Part shown: positions 1 to 8,993 of the stretch, one piece after another
How positions within the stretch are numbered: the first letter of the stretch is position 1
Layout: each line of letters opens with the position of its first letter
From: Clostridiales bacterium
Lineage (GTDB): Bacteria; Bacillota; Clostridia; Christensenellales; Borkfalkiaceae
Direction: 5' to 3'
DNA length: 64,000 nucleotides
NCBI GenBank assembly: GCA_015055615.1
Contig: SVHT01000003.1
Coordinates: 59,669-123,668, forward strand
Notes under the pieces: model-generated
Seen by the model: only the letters and a program-made list of their open reading frames with translations
The model's database searches: none
Told to the model about the DNA's origin: nothing
Program-made: the position numbers and the translations under genes

Positions 1-2
1 AA

Positions 3-134
3 ATTCGCAAGAAATTGACCGCGGATATGGCGTCGGCGCTTTCCGTCAGCGCGAAAATTACGTTGGTTTCGCCCGGTACGGTGGCGCGTAGCGAGGGAAA
101 GGCTAAGCGTATTACCGATAAGCGTAAACTCTAA
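3..134 (+). CDS. 3' end of a phenylacetate-CoA ligase-like gene (partial, runs off window start)
   Basis: Frame 3 is open from the window edge to TAA at 132-134. The tail ...VSPGTVARSEGKAKRITDKRKL resembles the PaaK-family C-terminus. An ACT-domain gene follows, which is a common pairing. Confidence 0.5.
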   Translation: MRKKLTADMASALSVSAKITLVSPGTVARSEGKAKRITDKRKL

Positions 135-140
135 TAAAAC

Positions 141-232
141 AGCGGATATGCGGCGCGCTACTTTGTCGCCCCTCGGCTACGTACTTCTTGTACGCGCCCT
201 TGTGGTTTCGCGTAGCGCTTGCATCTTCGCCT
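141..232. repeat. Single copy of a GC-rich structured intergenic element related to the 133-bp tandem unit at 52431-52867
   Basis: Shares GCGGATA..GCGCTACTTTGTCG, the CGTAC-loop-GTACG hairpin (180-194) and a TTCGCGTA.CGCT tail with the tandem unit. Long-range pairing GCGCTAC (155-161) / GTAGCGC (212-218). Confidence 0.6.
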
Positions 233-273
233 TTTACAAAATGTAGTTCTCAATATGGATAAGGAGAAAAATT

Positions 274-675
274 ATGATAAAACAAATCGCAGTATTTTTG
301 GAAAACAAAGCAGGCAAGGCCAGCGCTTGCTGTAAAGTTTTAAAGGACGTAGGCGTGAATTTATTGGCGCTGTCGATTGCAGATACGCAGGATTTTGGTA
401 TTTTGCGTTTGATAACCGAAGACAACGCGTCGGCGCTTTCCGCATTGAAGGGCGCGGGGTATATCGCGTCCGAGGTCGAGCTTGTGGGGTTGGAAGTCCC
501 CGATAAAGCGGGTGCTTTGTCCGACGTACTCATTGCGCTTGGCGACGGTGGCGTCAGCGTAGAATATATGTATTCGTATGCGGGCGTGGACGGACACGCA
601 AAGATTGCGTTTAAGACGGCTATGCCAGACAAGGCAATCGAAGTGTTGCAAAAAATTGGCGCAAAGTTAATTTAA
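274..675 (+). CDS. ACT domain-containing protein
   Basis: 133-aa ORF with two ACT-like halves (IAVFLENKAGK..., LEVPDKAGALSDV...). GGAG RBS upstream of the ATG. Confidence 0.75.
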   Translation: MIKQIAVFLENKAGKASACCKVLKDVGVNLLALSIADTQDFGILRLITEDNASALSALKGAGYIASEVELVGLEVPDKAGALSDVLIALGDGGVSVEYMYSYAGVDGHAKIAFKTAMPDKAIEVLQKIGAKLI

Positions 676-690
676 TAAACAAGGCAGAAT

Positions 691-726
691 AAAAAACCGC
701 GGTTTCTTTTTTGAAATCGCGGTTTT
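691..726 (-). terminator. Rho-independent terminator after uppP (possibly bidirectional)
   Basis: Stem AACCGCG (695-701) / CGCGGTT (718-724). A run of A on the plus strand gives a U-tract on the minus strand. Confidence 0.45.
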
Positions 727-746
727 GCCGTATAGTAGGTTTAATT

Positions 747-1625
747 TTATACCAAAGCAGGAATAATAAGAGCGCCAATGACAACAGCGCCGAGTGCAAT
801 TCTGTACCATCCGAAAAGCTTAAAATCGTGCTTTTTAACAAAGTTCATAAGGAATTTAATGGCGAGCATAGAAACGGCAAAAGCAACGACCATACCGATG
901 ATGAGATAGCCGATTTCCGCGTTCGTGATGGTGTAGCCGTCCATTAAAAATTTCAAAATTTTATACCCGCTGGTACCGACCATGGTCGGGATAGCAAGGA
1001 AGAAGGTAAACTCTGCGGAGGTCGTTCTGTTCACGCCCAAAAGGAGCGCGCCGATAATCGTGATACCCGAGCGAGAGGTCCCAGGGATAGCCGCCAGCAC
1101 CTGAAAACACCCGATAAAAAAGGCGTATTTATAGGACAGAGCGGCGATTTCCGTGATTTTTGCGCTGCGCTTTTCGTTCCATTTTTCAATCAAGATAAAC
1201 ACAAGACCGTACACAATCAACGCGCCTGCGATAATTGCGGTTTCGCTAAGCGGTGAAAGCTTGTCGAATAATTGGTCGATAACGATAGCGGCAAGGGCGG
1301 GTACGCACGCAACGATGACCTTTAACCACATGGACAAAACGTCTTTCTTCCAAGCGATTTTACTCTTTAAAGTACCGCTTTCCCCGTCCGTTTTTTTCGT
1401 TTTTCCCAGGGGGAATAATTTCTTCCAAAACAAAACCACTACGGCAAAAATCGCACCGAGCTGTATCAAATATTCAAACAGTTCCATAAAACCTGCCGAA
1501 ACGTTTTTGACGGGACAGAATTTATCAAAAAGAATAAGATGTCCCGTGCTGGATACGGGGAGCCACTCGGTAATGCCCTCGATAATCCCGAAAAGCACTA
1601 TTTTTAAAACGTTAAGAAAATCCAT
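747..1625 (-). CDS. uppP: Undecaprenyl-diphosphate phosphatase
   Basis: 292-aa polytopic membrane ORF with N-terminal GIIEGITEWLPVSSTGHL and PGTSRSG motifs typical of UppP/BacA. Confidence 0.9.
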   Translation of the reverse strand: MDFLNVLKIVLFGIIEGITEWLPVSSTGHLILFDKFCPVKNVSAGFMELFEYLIQLGAIFAVVVLFWKKLFPLGKTKKTDGESGTLKSKIAWKKDVLSMWLKVIVACVPALAAIVIDQLFDKLSPLSETAIIAGALIVYGLVFILIEKWNEKRSAKITEIAALSYKYAFFIGCFQVLAAIPGTSRSGITIIGALLLGVNRTTSAEFTFFLAIPTMVGTSGYKILKFLMDGYTITNAEIGYLIIGMVVAFAVSMLAIKFLMNFVKKHDFKLFGWYRIALGAVVIGALIIPALV

Positions 1626-1759
1626 GAAAAAAATCCTTTTTTTGGTATTTTATGACCCTTACGCTAAAATTATAGCATGAAAATGGATTAGAAGTCTACT
1701 AAATTGCCAAAAAAAACGAAAAAATGGGGAAAAGTAGGCTAAAAATTTAATCGTAAGTA

Positions 1760-1788
1760 TTGCAAAGGAAAAAAAATTGTGATATAAT
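1760..1788 (+). promoter_or_regulatory. Sigma-A type promoter of the cold-shock gene
   Basis: TTGCAA, 17-nt spacer, TATAAT with an upstream TG. An untranslated leader of about 75 nt follows. Confidence 0.55.
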
Positions 1789-1866
1789 GTGAAGTATAAA
1801 CGAATAATATGACGGGGGTACTTTGCGGCAGATTTATCGTTGAGTAAATTGAAGGGGGTACCGAAG

Positions 1867-2079
1867 ATGGCTCAGGGTACTGTGAAATGGTTCAATGCTG
1901 AAAAGGGCTACGGTTTTATTGCCGGTGATGAGGGCGGCAACGACGTGTTCGTACATTTTTCAGCCATTGTAGCTGAGGGGTACAGGAGATTGAAGGAAGG
2001 GCAAAAGGTGTCGTACGAAACCGAACCCGATCCCAAAAATCCCGAAAAGCTCCGCGCAGTGAACGTGCAAGCGTTGTGA
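1867..2079 (+). CDS. Cold-shock protein (CspA family)
   Basis: [18 protein letters not shown]...VFVHFSAI contains the RNP1/RNP2 motifs. GAAGGGGG RBS sits before the ATG at 1867. Confidence 0.9.
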   Translation: MAQGTVKWFNAEKGYGFIAGDEGGNDVFVHFSAIVAEGYRRLKEGQKVSYETEPDPKNPEKLRAVNVQAL

Positions 2080-2109
2080 TTCGTTGGCTGTATGTTTGGC
2101 GCAAATTTT

Positions 2110-2144
2110 AACCGTGTCGTAACTCGACGCGGTTTTAATTTTTT
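2110..2144 (+). terminator. Rho-independent terminator after csp
   Basis: 10-bp stem AACCGTGTCG / CGACGCGGTT with a 5-nt loop, followed by TTAATTTTTT. Confidence 0.65.
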
Positions 2145-2187
2145 ACGGCGCTTTTGTGATATCCTCGCAAAATTTTACGGCGTAGCA

Positions 2188-2216
2188 TTGACAAAATTGC
2201 ATAGATATTGTATAAT
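2188..2216 (+). promoter_or_regulatory. Sigma-A type promoter of lgt
   Basis: TTGACA, 17-nt spacer, TATAAT. It overlaps the upstream part of the tracked ORF, which argues for the ATG at 2247. Confidence 0.55.
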
Positions 2217-2246
2217 GGTAGCATTAAAAGACAAAAGGAGGTCGGT

Positions 2247-3125
2247 ATGTATCCTCGCGAACTGTTCCTTGGTTTAAACGGATATGAATTATGCTTGGTT
2301 ATCGGTATGGTTTCGGCGCTCTTTCTTGCGGATTTAATGGCGATAAAGGCAGGATTTAGTATCCCTTTGCAAAGACACTTTGTGCTCTCTACTATCGTGG
2401 CGATTTTGGTCGGGATTTTTGGCGCAGCGCTCTTTCAGGCGTTCTATAATTTCTTGGAAACGGGTATATTTGACCTTATGAAAGCTATGACTTTCTACGG
2501 TGGTCTGATTTTTGGCGCGGGCGCGTTTTTGTTGATGTGGTTTGCCCTGTCAAAGCCTTTTAAATTAAACGGCGAAGCCAAAAAGCAGTTTCCTTGCGTA
2601 GCGAGTATGGCGGCGGTGTTGATTCCTATGGCGCACGGTTTTGGGCGTATCGGCTGTCTGTTGGAAGGATGCTGTCACGGCAAAATCACCAACGCATGGT
2701 TTGGTGTACCCCATTACGGCGTATCTATCGGAGGGGAGTACTTTTCAAAGGCAAAAGTCGTACCGATTCAGCTCTTTGAGGCGCTCTTCTTATTCGCCTT
2801 GGCGGGGGTGTTGTTTTGGCTGTATATGCGGAGCGCAAAACGCAGACAAAACAGATGGCAAGCGCCGCTCTTGTCTTTGTATATGGTGGCGTATGGGGTT
2901 TGGCGGTTTGTTATCGAATTTTTCCGTGCGGACGACCGCGGAGAAACGATTGTCCCGTTTTTAACGCCGTCGCAGTTGATTGCGCTGCTCCTCATAATCG
3001 GCGGAATCGTATATATTTTTGTTTGGTACTTTACTAGAAAACGTGGAAAAATTACGGAAACGAGCGTTTCCGAAGAAAATAAGGAGAATTCTAATGACAA
3101 AGATGGAAGGGATGCAGGCGTTTAA
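2247..3125 (+). CDS. lgt: Prolipoprotein diacylglyceryl transferase
   Basis: Multi-TM ORF with an Lgt-like GRIGC..EGCCHG core and FRADDRGE region. AGGAGG RBS precedes the ATG at 2247. Confidence 0.8.
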   Translation: MYPRELFLGLNGYELCLVIGMVSALFLADLMAIKAGFSIPLQRHFVLSTIVAILVGIFGAALFQAFYNFLETGIFDLMKAMTFYGGLIFGAGAFLLMWFALSKPFKLNGEAKKQFPCVASMAAVLIPMAHGFGRIGCLLEGCCHGKITNAWFGVPHYGVSIGGEYFSKAKVVPIQLFEALFLFALAGVLFWLYMRSAKRRQNRWQAPLLSLYMVAYGVWRFVIEFFRADDRGETIVPFLTPSQLIALLLIIGGIVYIFVWYFTRKRGKITETSVSEENKENSNDKDGRDAGV

Positions 3126-4251
3126 AGACGTGTTCGGGGAGCAACCGACCGATTTGTTTACGGCGGCGGGCAGAATCAACGTAATCGGCGAACACATCGA
3201 TTATTGTGGCGGAAAGGTGTTTCCTGCGGCGCTCAATTTGCGTTGTAACGTGTACGCGCGGAAAACGGGTGGCAATACGGTGCGTTTAGCCTTTCGCGGT
3301 ATCGAGGGTATCGTAGAACTCTGCGTGGATAAACTCGATAGCTATAAGGAATTAAAAATTGGGAATTATCAGGCGGGCGTTGCCTATTATTTGCAGCAAG
3401 AGGGGGTAGAAATCGTCGGTTGCGATTTGTATTACGATTGCACGGTGCCCTTTGGGAGCGGGCTTTCGTCCTCGGCGGCGATTGAAGTGGCGACGGCGGT
3501 GAGCCTTTGCGAATACGCAGGCGTTGCGTACGACAAGGTACAGCTTGCCTTGATTTCACAACGCGCCGAAAACAAATACGCGGGCGTAAATTGTGGCATT
3601 ATGGACCAATTCGCTTCGGCTATGGGTAAGAAGGACCACGCGGTGCTTTTGGACTGCTCCAACCTTTCGTTTGAGTACGTCCCCCTGCGTTTGGGGGAAT
3701 ATTGCTTGGTTGTAGCAAATTGCAACAAGCCCCACAACCTTGTGGAAAGCAAATACAACGTGCGCCGTCAAGAGGTGGAAAACGCCTTAAAACTTTTACA
3801 GACAAAGTTGGACGTTGGCTGTCTTGCGGAGATAACGCCTAAGGTTTTTGCGGAGTATAAATACCTGCTCTCGGGCGTGGTGGCAAAGCGTGCGGAGCAC
3901 GTCGTTATGGAATGCGACCGCGTAAACAAGGCGGTTGCGGCACTCAAAGCGGGGGATTTGGAAGAGTTGGGCAGATTGCTCAACGAAAGCCATTACAGCT
4001 TGCGAGATTTGTATGAAGTAACGGGAAAAGAGCTGGATTGCTTGACGGCGTTTGCCAGAAAGGAAGTCGGGTGTTTGGGTTCCCGCATGATAGGCGCAGG
4101 GTTTGGCGGTTGCACGATTTCCATTGTCAAAAAGACGGAAGTGGACGGTTTTATTCGTCGGGTTGGTAAAGCGTATCACGATGCAATCGGTTACAAAGCA
4201 AGCTTTTACGAAACGTCGATTGAGGACGGTATCACGGTAGAAAAATTGTAA
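3094..4251 (+). CDS. galK: Galactokinase
   Basis: GRINVIGEHIDYCGG galactokinase signature and PFGSGLSSSAA GHMP kinase motif. AAGGAG RBS before the ATG at 3094. Overlaps the lgt 3' end. Confidence 0.9.
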   Translation: MTKMEGMQAFKDVFGEQPTDLFTAAGRINVIGEHIDYCGGKVFPAALNLRCNVYARKTGGNTVRLAFRGIEGIVELCVDKLDSYKELKIGNYQAGVAYYLQQEGVEIVGCDLYYDCTVPFGSGLSSSAAIEVATAVSLCEYAGVAYDKVQLALISQRAENKYAGVNCGIMDQFASAMGKKDHAVLLDCSNLSFEYVPLRLGEYCLVVANCNKPHNLVESKYNVRRQEVENALKLLQTKLDVGCLAEITPKVFAEYKYLLSGVVAKRAEHVVMECDRVNKAVAALKAGDLEELGRLLNESHYSLRDLYEVTGKELDCLTAFARKEVGCLGSRMIGAGFGGCTISIVKKTEVDGFIRRVGKAYHDAIGYKASFYETSIEDGITVEKL

Positions 4252-4257
4252 AAAAGA

Positions 4258-4298
4258 CGGCGGAGCGCACAATTTGTGCTCCGCCGATATTTTTATTT
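4258..4298. terminator. Terminator between convergent galK and cca
   Basis: Stem CGGCGGAGCGCACA / TGTGCTCCGCCG (one bulge), flanked by an A-run and a T-run. Confidence 0.6.
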
Positions 4299-4333
4299 GT
4301 AGGCGCGTTTAATGCGATACGTATAGGGGTGTT

Positions 4334-5692
4334 TTACGCTTTTAGCCCCTTTTCAATACCTACGGCAAGGCGCAAAAGCTGTGTTTTTACGTTGTCTTGC
4401 GGATTGCACGACACGTGCAAAAGAAGGACCTGCAATACGCTTGCGATATGGTGAGAGGCAACGCCCAAGGCGAGTAAATCCTTTCCGTTTACGGCAAGCT
4501 CTTTCAACGTAAACGCTACCTTTTCGCTACGCATAACGTCCAACAGCTTACGCCAACGCGCGCAGGTAGGGGCGGTTTGCATATCGTCCATACAAGCGGA
4601 AAAATCGGCTTGTTTTATGGCAAGTAGGTCGTCTAACAACGCGTAATTGGATACGAGAAAACGGCGTAATTTGTTTTCGCTCGTTTTACAATCGAGGTCG
4701 TACATGTGCCATTTGACAAGGGCGCAAACGCGCTCCACGGTCTTTTTCGGGGCTTTCAGTCGGGTTAAAATTGCGCGCGCAAGCCCTTCGCCCTCGATGG
4801 GGTGGGCGTGGTATTTTCCGTCCCGTTGCATGCAAAAGGGCTTGCCTACGTCGTGCAAAAGGGCGGCGAGCCGTAGATGGGGCGGTGCGTATTTGACGCA
4901 ACGAAAGGAGTGCTCCAAAACGTCGTATTTATGAAAATCTGCCCGTTGCGCCATACCTTTACCCAAGGCAAGCTCGGGGAAAATGCGTTCAAATACGCCG
5001 ATTTCGTCCAAGAGCTTTATACCGTGGTACGCGCCGTCCAACACGCCGTGTTTTTCGTCGGCGGAAAGGATGGAAAGTAGCTCTGCATAGATACGTTCGG
5101 CGGAAATATCGTCGATGAGAGAAGCGTTTTCCTTTGCGCCCAAAAGGCAATCTTCATCGGGCGAAAAACCGAGCTGTGCTACTTGTCGGGCAAGGCGCAT
5201 CAGGCGTAAACCGTCTTCTCCAAACACTTTTTTAGCGGGGGCAACGGTCGTCAGACGTTTTTCGCGGATGGCGGGGATACCCCCCAAAGGATCGACAAAT
5301 TTTTGCGTGGCAATTTCGTAATACACGGCGTTGCAGGTAAAATCTCTGCGACGGGCGTCCAACGCAATGTCTTCCGTGAAAAAGACGCGGGTAGGGGTAT
5401 GTATACCCCGTACGTATTCGTCCGAGCGAAAAGAGGAAAATTCATACTCGTTATTTTCTTGGTCGCAAAGTTTAACCGTGCCCGTATTTTTGTAGACGGA
5501 ACAGACGGTAAAGCCGTTTTCCGTGGCAAAAACGGCAAAATCCTCGGCGGGCATAGGCGCGCAAATATCCCAATCGGGTCGGTCGCTCAAAAAGCCGAGT
5601 AGATAATCTCGGACTGCGCCCCCGACGACGTAGAGGGGTTTGGGGAGGGAATTTGCCAAAGAAAGCAGGCTTTTAGGTAAACGTTTTAACAT
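4334..5692 (-). CDS. cca: CCA-adding tRNA nucleotidyltransferase / poly(A) polymerase family with HD domain
   Basis: N-terminal YVVGGAVRDYLLG and RRDFTCNA nucleotidyltransferase motifs. LLHDVGKP HD motif in the C-terminal half. Confidence 0.8.
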   Translation of the reverse strand: MLKRLPKSLLSLANSLPKPLYVVGGAVRDYLLGFLSDRPDWDICAPMPAEDFAVFATENGFTVCSVYKNTGTVKLCDQENNEYEFSSFRSDEYVRGIHTPTRVFFTEDIALDARRRDFTCNAVYYEIATQKFVDPLGGIPAIREKRLTTVAPAKKVFGEDGLRLMRLARQVAQLGFSPDEDCLLGAKENASLIDDISAERIYAELLSILSADEKHGVLDGAYHGIKLLDEIGVFERIFPELALGKGMAQRADFHKYDVLEHSFRCVKYAPPHLRLAALLHDVGKPFCMQRDGKYHAHPIEGEGLARAILTRLKAPKKTVERVCALVKWHMYDLDCKTSENKLRRFLVSNYALLDDLLAIKQADFSACMDDMQTAPTCARWRKLLDVMRSEKVAFTLKELAVNGKDLLALGVASHHIASVLQVLLLHVSCNPQDNVKTQLLRLAVGIEKGLKA

Positions 5693-5726
5693 TTTTCGTC
5701 CTTTTTGCGAAATTTTTTATATTTTA

Positions 5727-5755
5727 AGTATATCAAATTGGAAAATAAATTGCAA
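5727..5755 (-). promoter_or_regulatory. Sigma-A type promoter for cca
   Basis: On the minus strand: TTGCAA (inside palindrome AATTGCAATT, 5748-5757), 17-nt spacer, TATACT. Confidence 0.45.
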
Positions 5756-5760
5756 TTAAA

Positions 5761-5789
5761 TTGCAATTCTTGACAAAGTGTTATATAAT
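5761..5789 (+). promoter_or_regulatory. Sigma-A type promoter for the lipid kinase gene
   Basis: TTGCAA (inside the second AATTGCAATT palindrome, 5759-5768), 17-nt spacer, TATAAT. Confidence 0.5.
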
Positions 5790-5852
5790 AGTTTTATAGA
5801 AAAATCAAAGATTTTTACAAAAGAACGCCGTTGTAAAAACGAAAAGGAATTT

Positions 5853-6716
5853 ATGCAGCATATTATTGTCAATCCCGTTTCGGGGAAAAAACGCAGCGTT
5901 AAAAATTTGCGCGTTGTGGAAAAGCTGTTGCAAGAGGCGAACGTTGCATACGAAGTGCACGCCACTACGGCGGCGGGCGACGCGGAAAACATTGCGCGTT
6001 CGCTGACGGAAAGGGGCGAAAACGACCTTATGGTTTTGGGCGGGGACGGTACGTTGCACGAAGTCCTCAACGGTATCGTTGACCCTGCACAATGCCGTTT
6101 GGCGTTAATTCCTAGCGGCACGGGGAACGATTTTGCCGACAAGCTGGGTATCTCCTTAAAACCCGCGGACGCAGTAAAGCGTTTTTTGCAGAGCGAACCC
6201 AAAGACGTCGATTATCTGCAAGTGGGCGATAGGCGGTGTATGAACGTTGCGGGGCTTGGCATGGACGTCGAGGTTTTAGAGCGTTGCCAACGTGGCAAAA
6301 TGCACGGTAAATTGAAGTATTTTATCAGTCTTTTAAAGACGGTTTTCGTGTTTAAGGGCTATTCGATTACGCTGTATAAAGACGGCGTGGAGGAACGCCA
6401 CGAGGCATTGCTTGCGGCGGCGTGCAACGGCTCGAAATTTGGGGGCGGTATTCCTATTTGTCCGCCTGCGGAAGTCAACGACGGCTTGATGAACGTACTG
6501 ATCGTCGAGCATATCAAGGGAAAATGGAAACTTATCAAGGCGCTGATAGCGTTGATGAAAGGGAAGATGCCACAACATAAACGTTCTACGCATTTTCTGT
6601 GCGAAAGCGTGCGTGTGGAACCGCTCAAACCCTGCCTTGTGCAGTTGGACGGGGAGTTGTATTCCAACCTGCCTTTCGACGTAAAAATCGGCAAAGGCTT
6701 AAAGATGTATTATTGA
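5853..6716 (+). CDS. Diacylglycerol/lipid kinase family protein (YegS/BmrU-like)
   Basis: IIVNPVSGKK, VLGGDGTLHEVLNG and IPSGTGNDFA motifs of the DAGK catalytic domain. Confidence 0.8.
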   Translation: MQHIIVNPVSGKKRSVKNLRVVEKLLQEANVAYEVHATTAAGDAENIARSLTERGENDLMVLGGDGTLHEVLNGIVDPAQCRLALIPSGTGNDFADKLGISLKPADAVKRFLQSEPKDVDYLQVGDRRCMNVAGLGMDVEVLERCQRGKMHGKLKYFISLLKTVFVFKGYSITLYKDGVEERHEALLAAACNGSKFGGGIPICPPAEVNDGLMNVLIVEHIKGKWKLIKALIALMKGKMPQHKRSTHFLCESVRVEPLKPCLVQLDGELYSNLPFDVKIGKGLKMYY

Positions 6717-6752
6717 GGCGAATCTAATCGCCAACGGAGAAAAATCACGACC

Positions 6753-7841
6753 ATGATGAACAACGGAGCGTATAAAAAAATACTCAACGCAATGCCCGAG
6801 GGGGTGTTTGTGTTTGACGATAACCTGCGCGTGAAATTCACGAACGTGGCTTTTCGGCGTTCCGTTTCCGAGGAAGTAAAACCGAGCGGTACGCTTTCGG
6901 ACGTGGTGGGCTGTCGCGAGCAGAACGGTTGCGGAGAGAACGCCGCTTGCGAATATTGCGCATTTTATCGCGCGATGAAAGGGGCGGTTGCGGAGCGCGT
7001 AGAAAAGACGGAAACCTTGCAAACGACGGTCAAGCGCGCGGGGCACACGGACAAGCTGTCCTTGCGGATACGCGTCTTGCCTGCGGATAACAAGGGCAAG
7101 CTGTTTTTGGGGATTACGGACGGGAGTTATCAAACGGAAATCGAACGGGATATGCTCTCGGCGAAACAGATGCAACAGCGTTTGCTCCCTGCGGGCAAGA
7201 GTATGGGTGGCGTCAATTATTCGTTTATGTATATTCCGTGCCTTGGCGTGGGCGGTGATTTGCCCGACGTATACGAGTTAAACGGCAATACTTACGGTGT
7301 GCTTGCCGACGTGTCGGGGAAAGGCGTTTCGGCGGGTATGCTTTCGGCGTTTGTCAAGGCGGGCTTGGATAGGCAAGAGCCCGACCTCGCAAAAGCGCTT
7401 TCTCAGCTCAACGTGAAGTTTAACGAATTGCACCAAGACGAGCGCTCGTACATTACGGTGGCGGCGGTGCGTATTGATAAAAAGACGCAAAAACTTCGTT
7501 ACGTTATGGCGGGGCACAACGCGCCGATTTTGTTGAAAAACGATTTTGGGATTCACGAAATAGAATCGGTGGGTATGCCGATTTCTAATTGGGTGGATAA
7601 CGTAACCTACGAAGAAAAGGAGCTGCCCTTTGAAAAGGGGGACCTCTTGGTATTGCTCACGGACGGCGTGACGGAGTGTATGAACGCCAAAGGGGAGCTG
7701 TTTGGAATAGAGCGCACGGAGAGTGTGTTGATGCAATCGCACGGGGCGGAAGATTTTATCGGGAAACTAAAAACGGCGCTCGGGGTGTTTAGCGGTGGGA
7801 AATTCAGCGATGACATTACGGCGATTGCCTTCGATTTATAA
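6753..7841 (+). CDS. Sensor-domain PP2C (SpoIIE/RsbU family) serine phosphatase
   Basis: PAS-like N-terminus carrying a CX5CX5CX2C cluster. The C-terminal half has GGDLPDVY, LADVSGKG, TDGVTE and DDITAIAF PP2C motifs. Confidence 0.75.
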   Translation: MMNNGAYKKILNAMPEGVFVFDDNLRVKFTNVAFRRSVSEEVKPSGTLSDVVGCREQNGCGENAACEYCAFYRAMKGAVAERVEKTETLQTTVKRAGHTDKLSLRIRVLPADNKGKLFLGITDGSYQTEIERDMLSAKQMQQRLLPAGKSMGGVNYSFMYIPCLGVGGDLPDVYELNGNTYGVLADVSGKGVSAGMLSAFVKAGLDRQEPDLAKALSQLNVKFNELHQDERSYITVAAVRIDKKTQKLRYVMAGHNAPILLKNDFGIHEIESVGMPISNWVDNVTYEEKELPFEKGDLLVLLTDGVTECMNAKGELFGIERTESVLMQSHGAEDFIGKLKTALGVFSGGKFSDDITAIAFDL

Positions 7842-7914
7842 AATGAAAAAGCCTGCATAAAAAGCGGGCGAGTTGGGAAAAAGTACAGAGAAGTTCAAAG
7901 GACAAGAAAGGGTT

Positions 7915-8973
7915 ATGCCTCAGGAAAGCAAGTGGAAAAAGTTTATTAAACAACTGAATAATCCGCCGACTTGGGTTGCAACGATTGCTTTTGCGGCGAC
8001 GTTGATTCTCTGTCCTTTGGCATTGGCGACGATTGTGACCGATTACGCGCATACCGTCTATGCAATCGTGGCGTATATGGTTTGCGCCCTCGTTTTGTTG
8101 TATACCCTTTACGTGCTGATATTGTCCATACAGCGTTTGCGGAAAAAGATGGGCGAGGCGGCGGGCAAATTTAAAATTACCCGCAATATCTACAAGAGCT
8201 ACGAGTCTAGAAGTATTTTCAGCGGCGTATGCTCGTCCTTGTTCAACGTTGGCTACACGGTCTTTCTGACCATTATGGCGATACGGTATCACTCGGCTTG
8301 GTATGGCGCAATGGCGCTGTATCATATATTGCTCGTGCTTACGCTGGGGGGCGTATTACTGCGCAACGCGACGGAAGAACATAAAAACAAAAACGATTTT
8401 GTTGCGTTGAAAAAATCGAAAATCGGCGTATTCCGCTATTGCGGATATATGCTTTTGATACAGTCGGCGGCGCTGTCCATTTCCGTTTTAGAAATGCTTA
8501 TGGGCGGTGTGGGGATGAAAATTCCCAAGTGGTCGTTGATTCCGTTCGCGCTGTTTGCGTGCTGGCGCATTATCGCGTCTATGATAAACTTTGTCCGTTC
8601 GACAAAATACGACGACCTTGCCGTTCGCGCGGTGCGCTACCTCAAAATGGTGACGGCGCTCGTATCTGCCCTGACCTTGTTCACGGCGTTGCTGGCGGCG
8701 TTCCCCCTCGAGCCGGATTCGGGCGTGACCATTCTTAGCGGCGTGGTAGGCGGCGGTATTTGCGCGGTTATCGTGGCGCTCGGCGGATATATGATTGCCT
8801 TTTCGGAAACCGCCCGCAAGCGAATGCGCATACGCGAGGAAAGGGAAAAGGAATTGGCGGCGGCGCAAGGCGGTTATAACCGCGACGGATACCGTGAAGA
8901 GTACAACAATCCTGCGCAAACGACTATGCAGAATTTCTTTAATACGGACAACAACAATCCTTCGGAAAAATGA
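7915..8973 (+). CDS. Hypothetical polytopic membrane protein
   Basis: Several hydrophobic helices and a charged C-terminal tail. The start is uncertain (TTG at 7873 or ATG at 7915). Confidence 0.5.
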   Translation: MPQESKWKKFIKQLNNPPTWVATIAFAATLILCPLALATIVTDYAHTVYAIVAYMVCALVLLYTLYVLILSIQRLRKKMGEAAGKFKITRNIYKSYESRSIFSGVCSSLFNVGYTVFLTIMAIRYHSAWYGAMALYHILLVLTLGGVLLRNATEEHKNKNDFVALKKSKIGVFRYCGYMLLIQSAALSISVLEMLMGGVGMKIPKWSLIPFALFACWRIIASMINFVRSTKYDDLAVRAVRYLKMVTALVSALTLFTALLAAFPLEPDSGVTILSGVVGGGICAVIVALGGYMIAFSETARKRMRIREEREKELAAAQGGYNRDGYREEYNNPAQTTMQNFFNTDNNNPSEK

Positions 8974-8993
8974 AATAAAGGCGGAGATAGAGT

